Assembly (NCBI GenBank): GCA_950097015.1
Contig: CATNEN010000011.1
Coordinates: forward strand, 1,922,001 to 1,986,000
Direction of reading: 5' to 3'
Source of the DNA: Macrostomum hystrix
Lineage: Eukaryota; Animalia; Platyhelminthes
DNA: 64,000 nucleotides
The notes under the pieces were generated by a model. That model saw only the letters and a list, made by a program, of their open reading frames with translations, was not told the DNA's origin and did not search any database. Within the stretch, counting starts at the first letter, position 1. Each line of letters begins with the position of its first letter. Both the position numbers and the translations under genes were made by a program. Positions 41,397-52,149 of the stretch are shown piece after piece.

Positions 41397-42965
41397 ATGT
41401 CCAACTTCTTTGACAATATTGGCAACAAATTTGAAGCCATGGGTAATGTCTTCAAACAGCAGGCAAGCGGGAGTGGCGCCAGAAGCAGTGCAAGCAGCAG
41501 CAGCAGCAGCAGCAGCAGTAATGTCAACAGTTATTGCAACGACTGTCGCACCCAATTCCCCAGCCTGTTTCCTAAGAAGCTGCGCTGTGCCGTCTGTCGC
41601 TATTATTTCTGTCGCACATGCATAGCTTCCATACCAGTTAATGGTCGAGTGCAGCTTGGCTCACACCTGCCATTGCGCGATGCCATCAGCAGTAGCGTAG
41701 CTCCGGCCTGTTCTCGCTGCCAGATTTTGAGCAATCCAAACTTCACCTACGACCAGCTGATGAGTCTGAGGGTGCGGGATTTGTTCTGGTATCTGCAGCG
41801 CACCGGCACGCCAAATGAGGAGCTGCGCGGATTGAAAGAGAAAAGTCAGCTGGCCGATCTTGTCATGGAGCGCTTTGGCAGCGAAGATTATCGAAGGCAG
41901 AGGGCTAGTAGCCGGCTGCAGACACACGAGCGGGTGGCCCAGATGGCTACTAATCTGGAGCAACTGGTTGGCGGCTCATCCGGCGGACAGCAGCAACAAC
42001 AACAGCAGCAGCCGGACCATGATAGCCAGGAGCAGCAACAAGAGGGGCGGCAGGTTAGTGGCTGCTTATTTTAGTCCAATTGTTCGTGAGTGGGTTTTCT
42101 CGCACCAAAGTCACTGAGCTTGCAGCCAAGAGTTCGATCGTACAAGCGACGGAGCGGCACGCCCCCAGACCGGCGAACTTGGCGCTTTAGCGCCCATCGC
42201 ACCGCCTCCCCTGAGCAGGCACCACACACAGCAGCACAGACCAGCCGGGGAGGGCAGGAGGCACCCAGAATAGGCAGCAGTGCCCCCCACCCCAGCCCCA
42301 CACGCACATAGCAGACCAAGCCGGGGCGGAAGGCTGATAAGAAATCAGTCCTCAGGGGGGGGTGATGAGTGTAAACTTTTCCAATCGCGCTGACGGAAAT
42401 CCAGAAAGCGCGCGGCGGTGTACACCCGCCCCCCAGCCACCCCCCGCAAGGCCTCACGCCCCAGCGCCAACGCACACAACTCACACAACGCAGAACAGGC
42501 ACACAGAAAGGTAGGAGCGAAGCTATTATTTCAAGCTTTGATTGCACGAAATACGGTGCACCTCCGCCGGTCGCTACTGTCCAAACCCTCCAACAAGTCC
42601 CGAAATTAATCGTGAATTGAAGGGAGAATCGAACTAGCGTCCTTTGGAGTGCAAGGCAGCGACGTTAGCCGCTGACCCACTCGCCCCCTTGCTTTTAGAG
42701 GTGAGCCCTCAATGGCGTAAATTGCACGACAAGCCCCCAAAGCCTTCTCTCCGTTGCTTCGTCATTAAATGAATGGGGACCGCTCTGCCTCTCATCCCTA
42801 ACGGATTATTTTCCCTAACGAATTTATGAAAATTAATTATTTTCCATCCCAGCCAAGCGAAGCTGATGCTGTCAGCACAGAGACGGAAACTGACCAGATT
42901 GGTGCCATTCCCAATGTGCCTCCGCCGCCTTATCCTGGAGCACCCGAGCCAGAAGAACCGAACAG

Positions 42966-43004
<39 letters not shown>

Positions 43005-43545
43005 AATCGACACCGAGTCAGGTGGTCAGGCTGTCGAAGATGACGAAGATGAAATTGTGGAAGGCATTGACATTGAAGTGGCTCAGGATGCCGCTTTGGC
43101 TGAAACCTTGGCCGGACTTGAAGCCGCCGAAGCTCAAGAAGCAGCCGCTGCGGCAGCCGCGGCATCATCGACTCCGCCATCGCATCCCCCAGTTACCAGT
43201 ATTGACCAGATAATAACCGAAGCCGATTTAGATCAACTCAGCGTTCGCGAGATGAAGCAACTGCTGTCTAGAAACTTTGTAGATTACAAAGGCTGCCTAG
43301 AACGCGCCGAACTGCTGGACCGGCTCCGTCGGCTGTATCGCGAACGCGCCGAATCTCGCGAGGCTGTACTAACTGACAGATTGGCCGACTCAGATCTGTG
43401 CAAAATCTGCATGGACGCCGCTATTGATTGTGTACTATTGGAGTGCGGCCATATGGTCACCTGTGTCACCTGCGGCAAACAATGCTCCGACTGCCCCGTG
43501 TGTCGCCAGTATGTTGTGCGCGTTGTGAGAACATTTAAGTCTTGA
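41397..43545 (+). CDS. RNF34: RNF34/RFFL (CARP)-family E3 ubiquitin ligase (exons 41397-42053, 42853-43545)
   Basis: N-terminal FYVE-like CNDC..CAVC..FCRTC..CSRC, SAP-like LSVREMKQLLSRNFVDYKGCLERAEL, C-terminal RING CKICMD..LLECGHMVTCVTCGKQCSDCPVCR; phase-0 GT..AG intron. Confidence 0.9.
42620..42688 (-). mobile_element. tRNA-like SINE head in the RNF34 intron
   Basis: Minus strand GGGGGCGAGTGGGTCAGCGG (A box-like) ... AGTTCGATTCT (B box), followed by a GC-rich body. Confidence 0.55.
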
Positions 43546-43719
43546 TTTTGGAATTTTATTTTTAAATTGCTTGTTTGTATTCTAGCGCTGTAGCTTTCTT
43601 AGGTTAATAGAAGTTTGTTAAAAAAAATTATCTGCAAACAATTGCGTCTTTTATATTATTTACTAATTCTTGTTCTCTCTTCCATTAGCTCTGCTTGGGT
43701 TTAGTGAAATATATCGCTT

Positions 43720-43975
43720 CTCCGTCTCTCCTCTCCGTCTCGTCTCTCCTCTCCATCTCTCTCCTCTCTCCTCTTTCCTCTCTCCCTCTCCGTCTCTCCT
43801 CTCTCCTCTCCGTCTCGTCTCTCCTCTCCGTCTCGTCTCTCCTCTCCTCTCTCCTCTTTCCTCTCTCCCTCTCCGTCTCTCCGTCTCTCCCTCTCCGTCT
43901 CTGCCTCTCTCTCTCCCTCTCTCCCCCTCTCTCTTCCTCTACTTCTCTCTCTTCCTCTCCCACTCTCTCTCCCTC
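43720..43975. repeat. CT-rich low-complexity/microsatellite tract
   Basis: (CTCTC/CCGTCT)n visible. Confidence 0.9.
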
Positions 43976-44854
43976 TCATCTTCCTCAGCATCGCAACATT
44001 TATCCTCTCTCCCTGCCTACTTGTCCATCTCTCTCGCACCCTGCCCTCGTTTTCCGAGAACTAACCAAAGTAAACTCCCACGAAATCATTGAAGCATGGA
44101 AATAAATAATATTAACCCTGTGTTTGTTTTATATTCGAGAATAATTTATTATTTCAACGCAAGCTACACTTCATATTTACAAATTTTACTCCTGAATACA
44201 AGAATGTGCTTATCAGTTTTTTACATTATCTTGTGCTCGAACGATGTACTTATTAAAAGAAAATAAAGTTCTGAGTGACTTTATGGGCATTATTATGTAC
44301 TTGGATATGTACGGTTGTATAATTTTGTATTTATTTTGAATTTAACACACAAGTTAACGTAGTTTTTTTCATACTTTCAAAGTCGGAAATCAATTATTGC
44401 GATGGAAACACGCTGGTAAATATGCTAACTGTCTTGCCTCCAGCGGTCTCAAATTACTTAAAACCATAAACTCCATTATTACGAGTATGTCATTGACGTT
44501 TTTCGTCTAAATCCATTTTTCGTAATTTATATTTGCCAATGTTAATTTGTTCGCACATTTAAGATTAGATTGAGAAAAGCAAAAATCAATACAGATTTTG
44601 ATGATTCAATTAGTCTGGAAGATATTCCATTTAGATATATTTCATTGTCGACTGAATCTAGAATAAAGTTTTATTGGTTCCTATAGCAATCAAGCAAACT
44701 GACATTCCATTATTGTGTGTTTCTGTCTTCCATGTAGATTTCGACTTGTCGGTTGTCGATTATGTATTTAAGATTAGCAGATCTTAAATACATAATCGTG
44801 GGATACGACATCATCGATTTAAGGTCGGGGATTTTGGGATTATGGATTGCAGGA

Positions 44855-45310
44855 TCATAGATTTGGAATCAGGGATTTGTGATCATAGATTTGGAATCAG
44901 GGATTTGTGATCATAGGTTTGGAATCAGGGATTTGTGATCATAGATTTGGGATCAGGGATTTGTGATCATGGATTTGGGATCAGGGGTTTGTGATCATAG
45001 ATTTGGGATCAGGGATTTGTGATCATAGATTTGGGATCAGGGATTTGTGATCATGGATTTGGGATCAGGGGTTTGTGATCATGGATTTGGGATCAGGGAT
45101 TTGTGATCATGGATTTGGGATCAGGGGTTTGTGATCATGGATTTGGGATCAGGGATTTGTGATCATAGATTTGGGATCAGGGGTTTGTGATCATGGATTT
45201 GGGATCAGGGATTTGTGATCATAGATTTGGGATCAGGAGTTTTTGATCATAGATTTGGGATCAGGGATTTGTGATCATGGATTTGGGGTCGGGGATTTGG
45301 GATCATAGAC
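44855..45310. repeat. 28-bp minisatellite (GGGATCAGGGATTTGTGATCATAGATTT)
   Basis: Tandem units visible. Confidence 0.93.
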
Positions 45311-46067
45311 TTGAGATCAGGGATTATGGGATTTTTTTGCGGGATCATTAATTTGGGATTTGAAATTGTCTGATCACTGATCAGGATTACTAGAACAACA
45401 TATTCAGGATTAAATGATCGTTTGTTTTCAGAATTCTTCACGGAAGCATCAAGAATTTTATAGTTTAATTTCTTGGATTTCACAATTTGATTTCTATTTT
45501 ATTATATTATCTTGGTAGATTAAATTTCATGAAATTTATTTCAGATTTTCCTATTTTCGAATATAGGTGTCAAAAGTTTAGTTGTTCAAAATGATTTTTT
45601 TTGCTATTTTGAGTTTAAAGATTTGTTTAGATTTATTTTGTTTTCATTTATCTGCGTGCTTGGTGATGGATGTCAATAAATAATTTAAACATATGTCGTT
45701 ACGTCGTATATAATACAAATTAATTTTATTCACACGCAGAAGCAATAACAGTGACACTAACAGCATGCCTTAGCCGGTGCTGATGTCAATTGTAATATTT
45801 TATTTTCAAATAATTTGCATACAAACTATTGGCCACTTTGAATACCTGCGTTTTTTCTTTTCCTTAATTGAATATCAGTTGGCTAATTTCCTTTTGTATG
45901 ACAGCTCTCTACTCAGCTGTTTAAAGAGTAACAATGACGCATATTTGCAAACTATTTTCATATTCTGGGATAATTCACAGACGCGTCTGTGAAACCTAAG
46001 GCTTCTCGCGTTTTACATTCTTTTCAAAGTAGTCTTTGTTTCTCAATTATTAAAAAGAGAATATATT

Positions 46068-46940
46068 AGCAATCCTTTCTGTTCCTTCATCCTTACATAG
46101 AATAGATTAGCAATCCACTCTCTTCCTTCATCCTTACACAGAATAGATTAGCAATCCATTCTCTTCCTTCATCCTTACACAGAATAGATTAGCAATCCAT
46201 TCTCTTCCTTCATCCTTACATAGAATAGATTAGCAATCCATTCTCTTCCTTCATCCTTACACAGAATAGATTAGCAATCCATTCTCTTCCTTCATCCTTA
46301 CATAGAATAGATTAGCAATCCATTCTCTTCCTTCATCCTTACACAGAATAGATTAGCAATCCATTCTCTTCCTTCATCCTTACACAGAATAGATTAGCAA
46401 TCCATTCTCTTCCTTCATCCTTACACAGAATAGATTAGCAATCCATTCTCTTCCTTCATCCTTACATAGAATAGATTAGCAATCCATTCTCTTCCTTCAT
46501 CCTTACACAGAATAGATTAGCAATCCATTCTCTTCCTTCATCCTTACACAGAATAGATTAGCAATCCATTCTCTTCCTTCATCCTTACACAGAATAGATT
46601 AGCAATCCATTATCTTCCTTCATCCTTACACAGAATAGATTAGCAATCCATTCTCTTCCTTCATCCTTACACAGAATAGATTAGCAATCCATTCTCTTCC
46701 TTCATCCTTACATAGAATAGATTAGCAATCTATTCTCTTCCTTCATCCTTACACAGAATAGATTAGCAATCCATTCTCTTCCTTCATCCTTACACAGAAT
46801 AGATTAGCAATCCATTCTCTTCCTTCATCCTTACACAGAATAGATTAGCAATCCATTCTCTTCCTTCATGCTTACATAGAATAGATTAGCAATCCATTCT
46901 CTTCCTTCATGCTTACATAGAATAGATTAGCAATCCATTA
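46068..46940. repeat. 41-bp minisatellite (GAATAGATTAGCAATCCATTCTCTTCCTTCATCCTTACACA)
   Basis: About 21 near-identical head-to-tail units. Confidence 0.96.
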
Positions 46941-47001
46941 GAAATGCAAAGGAAAACTTTTTCTAAAAAATAATTCGAAGCGTGAATCTCGCTACTTACA
47001 G

Positions 47002-50000
47002 CAGCGTTCCAGCGCATATTACGATCTAAATCTGTTGGATCGGCAGGCGGCCACAGTGGCCCGCAGTCAGAGTCTCGGCTACACCCATCTGGCCTTTGCT
47101 GTTGTGCACTCTAGCTTGAAAGCCCCGCCGCCGCCGCCGCCGCCTCTGCCGACTGACACCTCGGGTGAGTTAAATCTTTGAGTAGCTTTTGTTAGAGGTA
47201 CATAAGGTAACCAGCACATAGATTTAATTGCGTCTGAAAACAAAAAAACATTATCGAATGTTGATTTCAACGACCAAGCAGCGTTCAATCTGTATCCGTT
47301 TTCTCTCTAAACCTTTATGAATTTTTACTCAGACTGTTCCTATGTTCATTAATTTCTTCCCTATTTCTAAGCTTCTAAACCTTTTGTGTTTTCTCCTCCT
47401 TCTCTACTCATACCCACCACTCTTCTCCATTCGTCCCCCCAATTCCTTCTTCCCCCCCACCTCCCGATTCTCCCCCACTTCCTTCTACCCCTCCACTTCC
47501 TTCTACCCCTCCACTTCCTTCTTCCCCTCCACTTCCTTCTTCCCCTCCACTTCTTTCTTCCCCTGCATTCCCTGTGTTTCTCAGATCTCCTTAATCCCTA
47601 TTTTCCATGTCGCATCCAGGCCCAGTTTATTCCCGGTCGGGCAGTCGCCTATCCAGACTGACCCTATCGCTGCCAGCCGAAGTCCAAGAGTCCGAGCTCA
47701 AGTCCTACTTCAGGCAGTACGCCAAAGAGCTCGACGCCTACGACCTGCTGGCAGTGATGCCTCGAAGCCAATCGGCCATGCATGCCTGCGCTGAGAGTTT
47801 ACCAATAGACCTGCTAGCCTGCGACCTGGCCGCTTCAAAGCCTGACCCATTCTGGTCCGACATTCGGGAAGTCAGGACTGCTGTGCGGAGAGGAATCAAG
47901 ATCGAGGTGAGACTGCTCGTTTATAAAAAGATTACAAAATCCCCACAATGCCGCTGTAAGTAGTCCTACTACTAGTAAATTACCGGAACTTACTGCTGAT
48001 CATTTATTTATTACTTACCATTACTGCCACTATTAGTAGTGTGTGTGGGATGTGTACAACTGTTTAATGACATGGAATTGCCGATGGGGCAATTATTTTA
48101 CAAGCTCGTTGCATAAGTACACTAGCGATGCAATTACTTATCGCAGCCCCACGCTTTATAATACTTCTGATATAAAAATAATGGTAATCATTTCAGGAGG
48201 GCTGCGGGCAATGGCACATCCCTAGACCCGCAGCCAGCGAGGAGGCAATTCTGCCCGTTTCGCTGACTCCTGGGCACACAGATACATGTGTGTACATCTG
48301 CCCTGACTTTCTCATTGTCAGGAAGTGTACACTCTCACTGTGCCTTGGGGGTTGGCCATCGGCCTCGGGATTCGCCAAATGGCCTCGCCGCGGAATCGAG
48401 CTCATGGACCTTGGTGCGAGAGGCGACCGCATTAGACCGGTCTGCCACTCACCCCCTCACTCACGCTTGACTTTGAGATTAGAGAATTCCTTATTTTACA
48501 CTCCCTATCCATAATCTCACCCAATCGCTTTTTCTCCATCTTCATCTCTTCATTTATAATTATTTTCCTTCATTCGTTCATCCCTTCCCGTCTAGAATTT
48601 ATTCCAGAATCTCTCCCTTCATCCCGCCCTATCCGGAATCTCTCCATTCATCCCGCCCTATCCGGAATCTCTCCCTTCATCCCGCCCTATCCGGAATCTC
48701 TCCGTTCATCTAGCCATATCCAGAATCTCTCCCTTCATCTCGCTCTATCCAGAATCTCCCCCTTCATCACGCCATATCCAGAATCTCCCCCTTCAACCCG
48801 CCCTATCCAGAATCTCTCCGTTAATCTAGCCCTATCCAGAATCTCTCCCTTCATCCCGCCCTATCCAGAATCTCTCCCTTCATCTCGCTCTATCCAGAAT
48901 CTCCCCCTTCATCACGCCATATCCAGAATCTCCCCCTTCAACCCGCCCTATCCAGAATCTCTCCGTTAATCTAGCCCTATCCAGAATCTCTCCCTTCATC
49001 CCGCCCTATCCGGAATCTCTCCGTTCATCACGCCCTATCCAGAATCTCTCCGTTCATCTAGCCCTATCCAGAATCTCTCCGTTCATCTAGCCCTATCAAG
49101 AATCTCCCCCTTCATCTCGCCATATCCAGAATCTCTCCCTTCATCTCGCCATATTCAGAATCTCTCCCTTCATCACGCCCTATCCAGAATCTCTCCCTTC
49201 ATCACGCCATATCCAGAATCTCCCTCTTCATCACGCCCTATCCAGAATCTCCCTCTTCATCACGCCCTATCCAGAATCTCCCTCTTCATCACGCCATATC
49301 CAGAATCTCTCCTTTCATCTCGCTCTATCCAGAATCTCCCCCTTCATCACGCCCTATTCAGAATCTCTCCCTTCATCTCGCTCTATCCAGAATCTCCCCC
49401 TTCATCACGCCCTATTCAGAATCTCTCCCTTCATCTCGCTCTATCCAGAATCTCCCCCTTCATCACGCCCTATCCAGAATCTCCCTCTTCATCACGCCAT
49501 ATCCAGAATCTCTCCCTTCATCTCGCTCTATCCAGAATCTCCCCCTTCATCACGCCATATCCAGAATCTCCCCCTTCAACCCGCCCTATCCAGAATCTCT
49601 CCGTTCATCTAGCCCTATCCAGAATCTCTCCCTTCATTTCTCTCTATTAAGAATCTCTCCCTTCATCTCGCCCTATTCAGAATCTCTCCCTTCATTTCTC
49701 TCTATTAAGAATCCCTCCCTTCATCTCGCCCTTTTCAGAATCTCTCCTAACCCTAACCCTAACCCTAACCCAGGTGTCCCTGCAGCCGCTGCTCCAGTCG
49801 CAACAGAGTCGAGTCCTGGCCTCCAGCCTCCTATTTGAGCTGCTGACCTCAGCCAGGCTGTCTCCAGCCGGCCTAGTGCTCAGCTCCGGCGCTAACAGCC
49901 AATGGGATCTGCGCGACCCGTTCGGCTATAGCGCCTTAGCCTCTGTGCTGGGCGTGCCGCCAGATAAGACTCGCGACTGCCTGTCGACCAACTGCCAATC

Positions 50001-50247
50001 GGCTGTGGAGAAAGCTCTGGTTAGACGAAAGACTGCTCACGGCGCCCTGGCTATTGCTCACATTGCTAAACTGCCCGGCGTGTGCAGCGTTCAGGTCCTC
50101 GGCGTCGATTCTGCGGCTACGTCGGCGGATTCCGCAAGGAAGCGGGCGGCCCAGGACGGCGAGGATCGCGACCGCCTGATTGACCTGCTGCTGCCGGCTA
50201 AGAGAAGAAAAAAGAAGAAAGGCGGTGCAGTTGTGCGGCTGCAGTAG
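47002..50247 (+). CDS. RPP30: RNase P/MRP subunit p30 (exons 47002-47164, 47620-47906, 49774-50247); no in-frame ATG in the first visible exon
   Basis: YYDLN..LGYTHLAF, RLSRLTL, YDLLAVMPRS..CAESLPIDLL, AVRRGIKIE|VSL, LVLSSGA..DLRDP, STNC..RKTAHG, C-terminal KRRKKKK; splice phases consistent. Confidence 0.88.
47440..47565. repeat. 18-bp pyrimidine-rich repeat (CCCCTCCACTTCCTTCTW) in an RPP30 intron
   Basis: About 6 tandem units. Confidence 0.8.
48222..48456 (-). mobile_element. tRNA-derived SINE (family A), full-length-looking copy
   Basis: Minus strand GGGGGTGAGTGGCAGACCGG (A box) ... GAGCTCGATTCC (B box); body shared with the 23.3-kb and 27.5-kb copies. Confidence 0.8.
48600..49745. repeat. 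29-bp minisatellite (CCAGAATCTCTCCCTTCATCACGCCCTAT) in an RPP30 intron
   Basis: Tandem units visible. Confidence 0.95.
49746..49770. repeat. Interstitial telomeric repeat (CCCTAA)~4 abutting the RPP30 last-exon acceptor
   Basis: CCTAACCCTAACCCTAACCCTAACC|CAG|GTGTCC. Confidence 0.85.
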
Positions 50248-50479
50248 AAACTGGGATTTCTCTAGGCTTTGCTTGTTTGAGAGAATATCCCCAGGCACTT
50301 ATTTTGTTGCTAGACCATTTTAATTTAGATCCTCACTCAAGTTTTCAAATCCCCTAATTATTTCCCATACGTCAGTTTAGCTTCCAGATTACAAATTTAG
50401 ATTTTTTTAGATTCTAAAAACTAGCTTTCAGATCCTAAATTAAGCTCCCTAATCCTTAATAATGCTCCCTGATCCTAAG

Positions 50480-51655
50480 TTTGACTCCCAGATCCCAAAT
50501 TTATCTCCCAGATCCCAAATTTTTCTCCCAGATCCCAAATTTATCACACGTACAGATCACAAATTTATCTCCCAGATCCCAAATTTATCTCCCAGATCCC
50601 AAATTTATCACACGTACAGATCACAAATTTTTCTCCCAGATCCCAAATTTATCACACGTACAGATCACAAATTTATCTCCCAGATCCCAAATTTATCTCC
50701 CAGATCCCAAATTTATCACACGTACAGATCACAAATTTATCTCCCAGATCCCAAATTTATCACCCAGATCCCTAATTTATCACCCAGATCCCTAATTTAT
50801 CACCCAGATCCCAAATTTAGCTCCCAGATCCCAAATTTAGCTCCCAGATTACAAATTTATCACCCAGATCCCAAATTTATCTCTCAAATCCCAAATTTAG
50901 CTCCCAGATCCCAAATTTATCTCCCAGATCCCAAATTTAGCTCCCAGATTACAAATTTATCACCCAGATCCCAAATTTATCTCTCAAATCCCAAATTTAG
51001 CTCCCAGATCCCAAATTTATCTCCCAGATCCCAAATTTAGCTCCCAGATCCCAAATTTATCTCTCAAATCCCAAATTTAGCTCCCAGATCCCAAATTTAT
51101 CTCCCAGATCCCAAATTTAGCTCCCAGATTACAAATTTATCACCCAGATCCCAAATTTATCTCTCAAATCCCAAATTTAGCTCCCAGATCCCAAATTTAT
51201 CTCCCAGATCCCAAATTTATCTCCCAGATCCCAAATTTATCTCCCAGATCTCAAATTTATCACTCAGATGCCGAATTTATCTCCCAGATCCCAAATTTAT
51301 CTCCCAGATCCTAAATTTATCACCCAGATCCCAAATTTATCTCCCAGATCCTAAATTTATCACCCAGATCCCAAATTTATCACCCAGATCCCAAATTTAT
51401 CTCCCAGATCCCAAATTTATCTCCCAGATCCCAAATTTATCACCCAGATGCCGAATTTATCTCCCAGATCCCAAATTTATCTCCCAGATCCCAAATTTAT
51501 CTCCCAGATCCCAAATTTATCTCCCAGATCCCAAATTTATCTCCCAGATCTCAAATTTATCTCCCAGATCCCAAATTTATCTCCCAGATCCTAAATTTAT
51601 CACCCAGATCCCAAATTTATCTCCCAGATCCCAAATTTATCTCCCAGATGCCGAA
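50480..51655. repeat. 20-bp minisatellite (CCCAGATCCCAAATTTATCT)
   Basis: Tandem units visible. Confidence 0.95.
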
Positions 51656-52149
51656 TTCAGCTCCCTCATGCCTATTTTGTTCTTGAATCCGCAGTGCAGT
51701 TGCAAGATACTTGCACTAAGTATCAGTTTATGGGAATGCAAATGTTGCATGCCAATTCATATTAGTCACCAATCTTTAAGGCCGTACGTGAAAATTTTGT
51801 TAATTGATACTCATATGTTAGTTTATTCTCTTGCTTTATTTTTTCCGATTTACATACCGAGTTATCTGCAAGCTAAATATTGCTGCTTTTCAAATGTTAA
51901 TTAACGCAACAGAAAGCATTTCGTATGACTGCTTTTGTGCATTTCTGATTCATCAGCAAAAAATATTTTATGTGTTGTTTTATTTTCATAATTCACTGAA
52001 AATACTAGAAAAAGTTTTTGTACAAAATACAAATACGAGCTCGTACAATGTTAGATATCTTATAGTGTGTATAGTACAGAAAATATGTAATATATTGAGG
52101 GTCTGAGAATTCGATTTAAATTATGGAAGTAAACTGGGGATTATTAGAA

